From Yuukianura sp. NJ FZ-2021 (Eukaryota), in contig CM102283.1 in assembly GCA_046563655.1 (NCBI GenBank), forward strand, positions 8,928,001 through 8,992,000: DNA of 64,000 nt, given 5' to 3'. This document shows, in pieces, positions 13,266 to 26,499 of this stretch; positions within the stretch are counted from its first letter, which is position 1, and the number at the start of each line of letters is the position of its first letter. The notes beneath the pieces were generated by a model. It did not search any database. It saw nothing but the letters and a program-made list of their open reading frames with translations, and had not been told where the DNA came from. The translations under genes and the position numbers were made by a program.

Positions 13266-15113
13266 ATGGAGTCGCTTGTTAGACAAGGGTTGTACGCGTC
13301 CACAGAATCTGTGGACGATCAAGGCTTACAAGCAGACGACGAAGCATCAACCAGAAGTCAGAGCGTTATCGTTGTCTCCGATAGTGAAGTAGATATTGCG
13401 TAAGCAAATCTCCAATTGTTAGCCTTCTTAACTCTACCAATTGATCTGTTCTTAAATAACAATTTACATGACAATAGAGACGGTGAATACGTGCGAGGTG
13501 ATGCTAACTCGCCAACGGGTGCTGAAGTCTACAATCCAGGAAATTACTCTGCGTCATCATCTGTTAATCAAAGTACAGCAGCAACTGTTGGGTCGTCGCC
13601 ACCACCGAGTGACGTTGTCATTGGATATGATTTTGAAGGTTTCGGGAAGGACTTTTTCGGTCCAAGAATCCGTCATCTCGGCAAAGCCAATACTCCAGAA
13701 GCCATGATTCAAGCCGGCATAAGGGAAGATATGATGACTACTATCGAAGAAGCAGATTCTCTGTTGAAGCTACTGGATGATGCATTGTTTCAATTACTCA
13801 GCATTGATCGGGAGCTTTTCAATGTAGATCGATCTAAACTTGGAGTTGAAGTACTGGACCGCTGGATTTGGATTCTACTTCAAGGAATTTCCAAGTTAAA
13901 TCTGGAACCAATCCGGCAGAAACATGCTAAGCAGAATTTCATCGACAAATTGGTTGAGATATCTCAAGAGATCACTCGAGCCAGTGGCTACGTTTTGCAG
14001 ATATCCTTGAACGCTCGAACTGCTGACAATCTTCTCAAAAATGTAATTGCAACTCATGCTGACAAGTTTCAATCAAATTCAATCGGGATTACAGTGGCGA
14101 TGAAGAAGCTCAAGCCCAGTCGTGCCCGTTTCGAGAACGACCCGACGCTTCCAGCGATTCCAATCCCGATCAGCGATGACGGAGATACACCAAAATTCAA
14201 AGTCTCGTGGTCCGAAGTTGATGGACTCTTTATCCAACCTTATGGTCAACTTACTTTTACCAACTTCAATGACTTGGCACTCTCAGACAAGTTGAGAATG
14301 GTAAATCTCTTTTTCGCAACAATCAAAACACAAACGATTCAAGCAAACGCTGATAAGCTGGAACAGATGAAAGCAATTGTAGCCAAAATCCGATCAACTT
14401 CGCCCTATTTCGGGAAACCAACGTCCTTGTCACTGAGATACACAACCAATGGCCTTGAAAATCACATCCTTCGGCTACATTTTGCACTGAAGAACTCCGA
14501 TACTGCCAAGTGGAACAAGTTGGTGGGGCACGTCTTCATTCATTATATTGAAGGCATTCGAATCCGATTACACCGAGTTGTCAAAAGTGCTGAAGAGCTG
14601 AAACAAAAGTTGGATAGAATTCAAACGGAATTTGAACGGGTGGAGCATAGAATTGGTGACGTTCTGGCGGGAAATATGGAGAATCTTCCGGAACCAAAAG
14701 TTGGCAAAATGGCTGTCATCATAACCTGTACTATGGATTTACCTAGAAGCGTCTTGAGCACACTTCGTTTTCCGTAAGTCCTACTACATTCAATTTACTT
14801 TTACTGGAACTAATTTCTGGCTTTTCCAACAGTGGCACTCAGCAATCAATTTCTTCCATGTGGAGTGATGACCCCAGACAGACTCTGTCGCCTTATGCTG
14901 CAAAAGCGGATGTCAAGATCCCTATAGAGACTATTGATCCGCCAGTTTCCAGTCGCTGGGGAAGGTAATTTCAAAAAATTGTTTTGTAGCCAATAACCAG
15001 AAGTTGTAGATTGAGGACTTATTAAATTATTTTTGTTTTGCAGATTCAAAAAATGGTTTGGTTCCAAGAAGACGAATCATAACAACGATTTGCAGAGTCC
15101 GAAAACTATTTAG
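13266..15113 (+). CDS. Uncharacterised protein of roughly 540 aa; exons 13266-13399, 13478-14773, 14833-15004, 15044-15113
   Basis: Long 453-codon ORF joined by three in-phase GT-AG introns, ending RFKKWFGSKKTNHNNDLQSPKTI*; AATAAA at about 15194. No family recognised. Confidence 0.7.
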
Positions 15114-15342
15114 TCCCGCATTTACAATTACAACTATAAATTATGTTCAACGATTACTAAAATTCTGGTACACAGCGTGCAATGTACTTGAAAATAAATC
15201 AACCCTTAACTCTTAGCTCTAACATTCCTGGAAAATTTTAGTTAAAATGTTGCTGAAAATAGAATTTAAACTTCAAACATTTTGTATTGTTGTGAACATT
15301 TTTCAGAAACAACCATGCTTTTGTTGTTTTTTTCTTTTGTAA

Positions 15343-16005
<663 letters not shown>

Positions 16006-16032
16006 ATCTCAACATCCAAATTATAAACCAAC

Positions 16033-16048
16033 GGCCCTTTTAAGGGCC
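16033..16048 (+). terminator. Histone mRNA 3' stem-loop (H3), followed by ACCA and an AAAGAG downstream element
   Basis: GGCCCTTTTAAGGGCC then accacattttacaaagagc. Confidence 0.95.
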
Positions 16049-16643
16049 ACCACATTTTACAAAGAGCTAAAAATGAATTACTATTTAGAAATATGTTGGG
16101 TCTTTGACCCCTTCCTTGGCCTCAGTGTTCCTGTTCACTGAATTTCTCTTGCTATTGCTATAAAATCAGTAATCAATCACGAATGTATTTTCCCTGGAGT
16201 CTGAATTACTTCGTTTTGGATAAATTCGGCTGTTTAGAATTTCGACATGACTTCTGAAATATCATTAATCACACACGCGGGGAACGAAAATCTAGAAAAA
16301 AGCAACGCTACATACATTTTAAGCGATAAGCTTAGGTATTTGAAAAAGTATGTAAAATGCGTTTTTACAAAAAAGAATTTCACAAAAATCCACTTTAAGT
16401 TGCCGAAAAAAACGAAAATAGAATAACGAAAATACAAAATCTGCCTAATAATAAATAAGAATCGTAGTCTTTCAGGAGTAGAATTTTACTCTTTCAAGAA
16501 TAGAACATTGTTGGCTCGCTGGTCCGCACTCCCCTTCAAATAGCTTCGTTCTCCCCAGTCTTTTCTTCACTTGCGTATGAATTTTCGTTTTGATTATTCG
16601 AAGTAAACTCTCGTCTCCCACATTTACCAAACCACTTTCAGTA

Positions 16644-17435
16644 ATGGCAGAAGAAACAGCCACTGAAACTGCTCCCGCCGCTGCCCCACCAGCATCTCCA
16701 AAAAAGAAGGGCCGAGCTGCCGCTGCTCCGAAGGCCACCAAGGCCAAGGCACCAGCCGCCGCCAAGCCACCACCGAAGCCAAAAGAACCGAAAGCCAAGG
16801 CTGAGAAGAAGGAAAAGGCTGCTCCCACCCACCCACCAACAGCATCCATGGTCAAGGAAGCCATCAAGCGATTGGCGGAGCGAAATGGATCTTCACTGGC
16901 TGCCATCAAGAAGTCCATGGTAGAGACTCACAAGGTGGAGATTGACAAGATGGCTCCCTTCATCAAGAAGTACTTGAAGAAAGCAGTAGAATCTGGTGAG
17001 TTGGTTCAGACCAAAGGTCACGGAGCTTCTGGGTCATTCAAACTTCCATCCAAGGACAAAGCCAAGTCAGCCACCGGAGAGAAGAAGCCGAAAGCAGTTG
17101 CCAAAAAGCCAAAAGCATCCCCAGTCAAAAAGGCAGCATCTCCGAAGAAGGCTCCAGCCAAGAAAACGGTGGCAAAGAAACCTGCCCCACCAGCCAAGAA
17201 GGAACCATCTCCACCAAAGTCTCCAGTGAAGGAAGCCCCAGCTGAGCCACCAAAGAAAGCTGCTGCTAAGAAGACCAAGGCCCCACCACCAGCACCAAAG
17301 TCTCCTGTCAAGAAATCTCCACCACCAGCCAAGAAGACCAAAGCTGCTGCCAAAATCAAACTCCCGCCGAAAGGAAAAGCAGCTGCTTCTCCGAAAACTT
17401 CGCCTCCGAAAAAAGCTGCATCCAAAAAGAAGTAA
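16644..17435 (+). CDS. His1: Histone H1
   Basis: Globular domain [29 protein letters not shown]...[15 protein letters not shown] with K/A/P-rich tails and SPxK motifs. Confidence 0.97.
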   Translation: MAEETATETAPAAAPPASPKKKGRAAAAPKATKAKAPAAAKPPPKPKEPKAKAEKKEKAAPTHPPTASMVKEAIKRLAERNGSSLAAIKKSMVETHKVEIDKMAPFIKKYLKKAVESGELVQTKGHGASGSFKLPSKDKAKSATGEKKPKAVAKKPKASPVKKAASPKKAPAKKTVAKKPAPPAKKEPSPPKSPVKEAPAEPPKKAAAKKTKAPPPAPKSPVKKSPPPAKKTKAAAKIKLPPKGKAAASPKTSPPKKAASKKK

Positions 17436-17469
17436 AATCAACAACTGCAATTAAATGAACTAAACCAAA

Positions 17470-17485
17470 GGCCCTTTTAAGGGCC
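17470..17485 (+). terminator. Histone mRNA 3' stem-loop (H1)
   Basis: GGCCCTTTTAAGGGCC then accaaaatttacaaagagc. Confidence 0.95.
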
Positions 17486-17725
17486 ACCAAAATTTACAAA
17501 GAGCAAAAATTACATGTTGGTACTTTTTTATTTAACTTTGACACTTTACTGCAATCATCAGTCATCACGTTAATATAGGTATTTTCTAAAGATTCCTAAA
17601 GACCTACATAAATTGAATATCCTTGAACCGTGTTTCTCGAAATGAGCCGATCTGAATACGTTATTTTTTATATTTAGTTAAAAATAAATTATTTATTAAC
17701 ATCTTGTTAAAAAGATTAATTTTGG

Positions 17726-18420
17726 GGTTAGATTGTCGTTGTTGGGGCCATGAAACTTTTTTCTAAGTTTTTTGGTCAAAATTTTCGAAAATTTTTTTTT
17801 TTCGTTTTTTCACTTTTTATCATGTTTCAAACGTTTTTGGAACGTTTGGAGCAAAAAAATTTTTTTGACCCCAAGGGTCCCCCCTTCCCATTTTTTTGAG
17901 AATGTGGACTCAAAAATTTTCAAAGTACAAAAACTGAAGTGGGCACCCCTGACAACCTCAAAAATGACCTTTACGAAAGTTGTTCAGAATCATCAATGGA
18001 GTATTTTTTGTCCTATGGACTATGACCCTACGACCACTCCCTGAGGTCAGAGGTCAACAGGAAGAAAAATTGGGGAAATGTTTGTGTTGACCTCTGACCT
18101 CAGAGAGTGGTCGTAGGGTCATAGTCCATAGGACAAAAAATACTCCATTGATGATTCTGAACAACTTTCGTAAGGGTCATTTTTGAGGTTGTCAGGGGTG
18201 CCCACTTCAGTTTTTGTACTTTGAAAATTTTTGTGGCCATATTCTGAAAAAAATGGGAAGGGGGGACCCTTGGGGTCAAAAAAATTTTTTTTGCTCCAAA
18301 CGTTCCAAAAACGTTTGAAACATGATAAAAAGTGAAAAAAACGAAAAAAAAAAATTTTCGAAAATTTTGACCAAAAAACTTAGAAAAAAGTTTCATGGCC
18401 CCAACAACGACAATCTAACC
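17726..18420. mobile_element. Non-autonomous foldback/MITE-like DNA element: about 335-bp inverted arms, 25-bp spacer, 8-bp TSD AATTTTGG
   Basis: Termini GGTTAGATTGTCGTTGTTGGGGCCATG ... CATGGCCCCAACAACGACAATCTAACC; arms 17726-18059 and 18085-18420; AATTTTGG at 17718-17725 and 18421-18428. Confidence 0.92.
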
Positions 18421-18676
18421 AATTTTGGTAACAAAAGTGAAGAACCGTTAGTTTTTGCATTGGCGGGAAGTTTGTCCGTGTTTTCTTTAGTTGAAATGTT
18501 TTGGCGGCTAACCATGGCGCATGCGCAATAATACAACACAAAGCAGCGTAGCAAAGTAAACTGAATCTGTCTTGTTCTCCACTCGGTCCGCACTCCCCTA
18601 TAAAACTCACTTTCCCCACAATTGTTTTCTCATTCGCATTTTGAACTTCAAGTTGTTCTGTTCTCGAAACACTTAA

Positions 18677-19149
<473 letters not shown>

Positions 19150-19419
19150 CTCCCCGGCGTTGGTGGATTTTGGAAATCCACCAAGGAAAACTTGAAAACT
19201 AAAGTGGAAACGAAACGGGGTTGCTTGTGAAAATGCGCAGGCGTGAGAAACTTAAATGTTTAGAAAGGAGTGATGGAGAATAAATTTAAATTAAATCTAG
19301 ATTATAGAAAACTAAATTTAGAACTTAAATTCAACTCTACTCGAAATTTGAAAAGAAAAGTTAAGTCTAGTTGATGCTGTAGACTGATGCGGTGACGTCT
19401 TCATCGGTTGGCAGAGGAG

Positions 19420-21816
19420 CTAGTCGAGTGAAGGGACGTCGGTAGAGTTTGGTTGAGGTTCCATTTGAGGAGACTTGAGACTTCGAGAGGGGACGGGATG
19501 ACGAATCCTGAAGTGGAATGCCGACATCTGACGTCTGCTGCCTGCTCGAGTGTTATTGTTGTTGTCCAAGAAGGGGGAGAGAAAGCGGACGTTTCCCTTG
19601 ACCTGCTGCTTCTGGGCACAAAAGTTGATTTCTTCTGGAAAACAGGCTTTCTGGACCACCTTGACGAGTGCAAGTTGGGCCTGATCCAGTTTGTTTGAAG
19701 TGAGCGGTGCAGAGGTCGGCATCGCTGGGATTTGAGTTGAGGCGAATGTTGACCCTGGGCAAAGTGACACTGAAGTGGTCACGACTTTTCCAGCGTAGAG
19801 TTGAGGGGGTAGAACTCCTGCCTTGAGTGTTTGTGGCGAAGAGTGTTCCAGGTCCCCGTAGCATTGCAGAGATGCTTCCAAACTTTTGTCGTTTGGGTCA
19901 CAAGTGACGTGACACGAGGTGACGCTGGAAGGAGAGGTGTGATCTGGGCTTAACGGAGAAGTCCCAGTAAGGAACCAGCCAAAACGAGAGTCTTGTGCAA
20001 GTGGTGTCCCTGGCGCTCCAGTTCTGATTCCGGGCAGGAGTACTTGAGCAGTAGCTTCTGCACCGAGTAAAATGTCAATGGATGACGGAATGTTGAAGTC
20101 AGGGTCAGCCAGAGAAAGACCATCCAAGTGAGGAAATGACCCCTGACATTTGGAGCGTGGTAGGAGTCCAGTGAGGCGAGGCAAGACCAAGGCTTTCACT
20201 GGAAAAATAAAATTGTCATAGCGTGAGTGCAATTTGAAATTTACCGCACCACGAGTGGAGCCTCCAGATGAACCTCCGATTCCAGTCACACTGATGCATG
20301 ACTTCTGTCGCCTCAAGTTGAATCGGTCGACGAAAGCTTCTGAGACGAAGTTGGATTCGGAGCCGGGGTCCAGGAAGACACGACAAGGTTGACGTTCACC
20401 GTTCTGGTCAACGACTCGAGCGACGACAGTAGCCATCAGAACCACTTTGGTAGTGGGTGTCGTAGATGACGAGTGATGGGACTGGACGTGTTCGTCAGAC
20501 GAAGAGGTTGACTGCAATGCAGAGGGTGGTGACCTTGACGCTGAACTTGTTGTTGAATTTGAGTCTGAAGATGACTCAGATGATGAGCTCGAACTGCGAC
20601 GACGGACGTGAGCGTCAAAGTGGAGAAGGGTGTTGTGACGTTTTGAGCACTTGGAACACACCCCTTCACTTTTGCAGTCTCGAACTTGATGGTTTGAGCG
20701 CAAACAATTGATACAAATTTTCTTCTTGTGGGCGAAAGTAGTTCGGTCATGAGGACTCAATTTGAGAAAATCCGGACATTTGTAGATCCGGTGGGTCTGG
20801 TCATCACACTGTGGACATGCTGATTTGCCTTTGGTTTGCCCTGTAATCGTGTGATGAGCAGTGGATGATGAAGGGCTTGACTTCCGCTTTGATGACGGAG
20901 ATGATGGTGTTGGAGTGAGGGCATTGGCTCTTTTCTCCAAAAACTCCACGAACGGAGGAAGAGTAGGAAGTTCGTCGTTAGTGGTCAGTAACCACTGTCT
21001 TCTCGTCTCTGGATCAAGTTTGAGATGGGCCCAGTAGACGATGAAGATATCCCAATCGGTCACATTGACGTTGAGGATCTTGAGTGAACGGAGACATTGG
21101 TTGATTGTGTCGACCAATTTGAGAATCCCCTTGGATGTGTCTGGAACAGACTGAACAGAGAAAAGTTTAGTTAAATGAGAAAAGATGATTTCTCGTTTCT
21201 TGTTGAAACGTTTCTCAACCAATTCCCATGCTTCAGCGAAACTGAGATTGTTGAGTGGGAATGAAGAAGCGATGGACGCAGCTTCACCAGTCAGCGAGTT
21301 CTTGAGATAAACGAGCTTTTGAGCACCGGAAATTCTGGGATTATCGATGACTGCAGCCTGGAACAGATCCGAAAAGTTCTGCCATTCGGTGTAATCGCCG
21401 TTGAAAGTCGGTGGTTTGGTTTTCTCTAACTTAAACTCAGAATCAAAGTTAGAGTGATGTTGAATTCTTGGAGGATCCGGGTGATCCTCGTTTGGTTTAC
21501 GAATCGAATCACGAACAGCAAAGAGTGTGAATTGTACCTGTTCTAGCAGATCTTCACACTCGATAAGTGTATCGTCTATGTCGTCCAATGATTGGGAGGA
21601 AGTACTGGCACAGATGAGATGACGTTTCCAGTAATTGAACTCCGTTTTGATTTCACTAAGTCGAGTCTCCTTAACGGTGACTTCAGGGACAGTGGTCGGT
21701 TTCCATGTTACGGAGTCCAAAGACGTCTGGAGGCGAACGATCGTCTTCCTAACATGACCGAGTCCAGCTGTTGCAGAACTGAAGCTCACTACGTCGGAGG
21801 ATGGAGTGGAGGCCAT
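19420..21816 (-). CDS. BEL/Pao Gag-protease polyprotein fused in frame to a short pre-integrase remnant (798 aa)
   Basis: DUF1759-like PPTFNGDYTEWQNFSDLF...KLVYLKNSLTGEA; Zn knuckles CPQC..H....C, CINCL...H....C, CSKC...HNTLLH; aspartic protease FLDPGSESNFVS...IDILLGA; tail VQKACFPEEI...LSPFLD...RHP. Confidence 0.92.
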   Translation of the reverse strand: MASTPSSDVVSFSSATAGLGHVRKTIVRLQTSLDSVTWKPTTVPEVTVKETRLSEIKTEFNYWKRHLICASTSSQSLDDIDDTLIECEDLLEQVQFTLFAVRDSIRKPNEDHPDPPRIQHHSNFDSEFKLEKTKPPTFNGDYTEWQNFSDLFQAAVIDNPRISGAQKLVYLKNSLTGEAASIASSFPLNNLSFAEAWELVEKRFNKKREIIFSHLTKLFSVQSVPDTSKGILKLVDTINQCLRSLKILNVNVTDWDIFIVYWAHLKLDPETRRQWLLTTNDELPTLPPFVEFLEKRANALTPTPSSPSSKRKSSPSSSTAHHTITGQTKGKSACPQCDDQTHRIYKCPDFLKLSPHDRTTFAHKKKICINCLRSNHQVRDCKSEGVCSKCSKRHNTLLHFDAHVRRRSSSSSSESSSDSNSTTSSASRSPPSALQSTSSSDEHVQSHHSSSTTPTTKVVLMATVVARVVDQNGERQPCRVFLDPGSESNFVSEAFVDRFNLRRQKSCISVTGIGGSSGGSTRGAVNFKLHSRYDNFIFPVKALVLPRLTGLLPRSKCQGSFPHLDGLSLADPDFNIPSSIDILLGAEATAQVLLPGIRTGAPGTPLAQDSRFGWFLTGTSPLSPDHTSPSSVTSCHVTCDPNDKSLEASLQCYGDLEHSSPQTLKAGVLPPQLYAGKVVTTSVSLCPGSTFASTQIPAMPTSAPLTSNKLDQAQLALVKVVQKACFPEEINFCAQKQQVKGNVRFLSPFLDNNNNTRAGSRRQMSAFHFRIRHPVPSRSLKSPQMEPQPNSTDVPSLD

Positions 21817-21874
21817 GTCACTGATAGAGAGTCACTGATTGATTAAAGTTAATTTTAGATTTCCTGAAAAATTA

Positions 21875-22437
<563 letters not shown>

Positions 22438-22473
22438 TAAACTAACATCATCTCATCAAAGCATTAAACCAAC

Positions 22474-22489
22474 GGCCCTTTTAAGGGCC
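22474..22489 (+). terminator. Histone mRNA 3' stem-loop (H4)
   Basis: GGCCCTTTTAAGGGCC then accacattctacaaagagc. Confidence 0.95.
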
Positions 22490-22659
22490 ACCACATTCTA
22501 CAAAGAGCTAAAAAAATCAATACTTGACACGAATTGATGTTGCGCGCTGCAATTTTATAAAAATATAGATGAAATGCGTGTTTTACCGTTGGTTAATTAA
22601 CAGAAAATCATATGCTGAGGTCTACAACACTTGGTTCAAGTTACAATATAAAAAGTTAC

Positions 22660-22823
22660 GGTTAGACTGTCGTTGTTGGGGCCATGAAATTTTTTTCTGT
22701 TTTTTGGTGAAAAATTTCGAAAAATTTTTTTTTCGTTTTTTTCACTTTTTATCATGTTTCAAACGTTTTTGGAACGTTTGAAGCAAAAAAAAATTTTTTG
22801 ACCCCAAGGGTGCCCCCTTAACC
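22660..22823. mobile_element. Short one-armed copy (164 bp) of the same inverted-repeat element, 8-bp TSD AAAGTTAC
   Basis: Starts GGTTAGACTGTCGTTGTTGGGGCCATG, follows the first about 160 bp of the 17726 arm and ends TAACC; AAAGTTAC at 22652-22659 and 22824-22831. Confidence 0.88.
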
Positions 22824-23133
22824 AAAGTTACAATCATCCACCTCAGTTTGTCGGTTTCTACTACATAAACACAATCGCGGATGCACTCTATTCCGCTAAT
22901 AGAATAAGTTAAATTAGTAATGCTTAAATATAATTAAATTACATTAAGTTTCGTTAAATTTAATTATGAAATAAACTAATGTCATGCACGTCTAGACTGC
23001 ATTCATAAAAAAAATGAAAAAAAAAAGCCGATGCTGCTCCCTTTCACATCCGCACCAGCTTCTACCCCCATCGAAGAGTTAGAAGTTACTCTTTCACAGT
23101 GAAATTCTACTCCACAGAGAGGGTATAAAATGA

Positions 23134-23592
<459 letters not shown>

Positions 23593-23627
23593 ACTCATCT
23601 CCTCCTACCATCGAAAGCTAAACCAAC

Positions 23628-23643
23628 GGCCCTTTTAAGGGCC
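23628..23643 (+). terminator. Histone mRNA 3' stem-loop (H2A)
   Basis: GGCCCTTTTAAGGGCC then accacattttacaaagagc. Confidence 0.95.
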
Positions 23644-24331
23644 ACCACATTTTACAAAGAGCAAAACTTGAGATGAAAATGCATTGGCCTTAGGGCACCT
23701 TGGCGTACTTAATTGTGAACTCGGAAACTCCGATTGGTCATGAACTCTTATATTCCGGTCCTTCTATTCAATAAAATATAAGAAATTACATAATAAAATA
23801 AGACGTTCAAATTCACAAATTCCCTGTCAATGTCATTTCGTTTAGTTTTTACAAAAATTTCATTTTGAGAAGACACACTTTTTTGGAACACCACATAAAA
23901 TCTGCATCAATACTCGTTTCATAAAAAGACGCCAATGCAATGTAATGTTGGCAGTTGAACAAAAAGCGGTTTTTCTTTTTCCATTTCGCGCCATTTTGCA
24001 ACTGACAAAAGTCGAAAGGGGAGAGTTGGAGTTGGGATGGTCCCTCCATGCATTTTTGCCATTGCCACCTCATCTCTTTCTACACCCTCCAACTCCAAAA
24101 GAGTAAAACTTTGTCAAATTCTACTCCTCTGCCAAAATGGAAAGGGAGAGTTTGAGAAAGGTGGCAATGGTTTAAACACACAGAGGGACCATCCCAACTC
24201 CAAAAGAGTAAAACTTTGTCAAATCTTACTCCTCTGGCTTTCATATAAAATGGGAGACAAACCAGAATCCACTCATTCACTCGACAACAGTCTCTGAATT
24301 CTCTCCTCTCTCTCTCGACAAACCAAGCAAG

Positions 24332-24706
24332 ATGCCACCAAAGGTGAGCGGAAAAGCAGCGAAGAAGGCAGGGAAGGCGCAGAAGAACATCTCGAAGGGG
24401 GACAAGAAGAAAAAGAAGATGAAGAGGAAGGAGTCCTACGCCATCTACATCTACAAGGTCCTCAAGCAAGTTCATCCGGACACTGGCGTCTCCTCCAAGG
24501 CCATGTCAATCATGAACTCCTTCGTCAACGACATCTTCGAACGCATTGCTGCTGAGGCCTCTCGTCTCTCCCACTACAACAAGCGGACCACCATCACTTC
24601 CCGCGAGATTCAAACTGCTGTTCGACTTTTGCTCCCCGGAGAATTGGCCAAACACGCAGTGTCTGAAGGAACCAAGGCTGTCACCAAGTACACTTCCTCC
24701 AAATAA
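24332..24706 (+). CDS. His2B: Histone H2B
   Basis: [21 protein letters not shown]...[26 protein letters not shown]. Confidence 0.99.
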   Translation: MPPKVSGKAAKKAGKAQKNISKGDKKKKKMKRKESYAIYIYKVLKQVHPDTGVSSKAMSIMNSFVNDIFERIAAEASRLSHYNKRTTITSREIQTAVRLLLPGELAKHAVSEGTKAVTKYTSSK

Positions 24707-24734
24707 TTCCAACATCACAGCATCCTAAACCAAA

Positions 24735-24750
24735 GGCCCTTTTAAGGGCC
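24735..24750 (+). terminator. Histone mRNA 3' stem-loop (H2B)
   Basis: GGCCCTTTTAAGGGCC then accaaaatttacaaagagc. Confidence 0.95.
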
Positions 24751-24901
24751 ACCAAAATTTACAAAGAGCAAAAACTAAATATGAAAAGGACCTTTAGGTT
24801 TATGTTTGTTTCAGAATATTCGAAAACCTAACCTAAGAATTTCATTATTATTTTTTTTTTGGGATATAGGTTTATGGTGTTCTATTTTCACCATTTCTTT
24901 C

Positions 24902-25020
24902 GCCAAGGTCCATACCACGTTGAAAGCACCAGTTCTCGTCCGATCACTGAAGTTAAGCAACGTCGGGCCCGGTTAGTACTTGGATGGGTGACCGCCTGGG
25001 AACCCCGGGTGCTCTTGGCG
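24902..25020 (+). rRNA. 5S rRNA
   Basis: GCCAAGGTCCATACCACGTTGAAAGCACC...CCGATCACTGAAGTTAAGC...AGTACTTGGATGGGTGACCGCCTGGGAA...CTTGGC; ends pair (helix I); Pol III T-run at 25023-25032. Confidence 0.97.
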
Positions 25021-25454
25021 TCTTTTTTTTTCCACAATTAAAAAAGTTTCTGTTACCTAATTCGTTTTCCATTTAAAAATTTAGTTATATTCGTATTTTT
25101 ATTCAACTTTCGTTTTATAAATAAAGTTTATTTTAATTAATACTTAACAAAACCACTACTGTTACAACCTTTTAAATGACGAGGAAGGTGTTGACGCACT
25201 AACCAAATTTCCGGCGGGAGACTCTCAATATTTTTATATTCAAAAAAGTTTTTTTTTAATGTGTTGAAGTTGATTTGATCTTGATCATATGAATCTTTAC
25301 ATTTTACGAAATTGTTCCTTTTCTTCGTCGCTTCTAACAAGTTTTGATGTTTTGATTTAATTAACAGAATCCATTAATTACTTAGAACACTCATTACTTA
25401 AAAAAGTTTCAGCATTCTGCAGTGACCGTTGTTCGTAGTTAAATTTTTATAACC

Positions 25455-26250
<796 letters not shown>

Positions 26251-26499
26251 GAGCTGCACAAAGTTAGCAATTTAAACTAATCGATAATCGAAGGATGTTA
26301 GTAAACGAATGAGGTAGGATGTCTTTTCATCTTATTATTTTCGGCAATTAACCTGCAATTTTAGTTTTCATTTATTGAAGTCAACTGGATGATAAAAAAA
26401 TGAAATAAAGTTGACCAAAACACTTTTCGGGGCGAATATTTATCCAAAGTCAGTAACTCAATGTAATCAAAGGAAGTTAAAAAATGATTCTCAAAGTTT

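Noticed and set aside
17018-17450. Long antisense ORFs over H1 and other genes
   Set aside because: Shadow ORFs caused by codon bias on the coding strand.
17772-18396. Two near-identical ORFs on opposite strands
   Set aside because: Artefact of the palindromic element; no transposase features.
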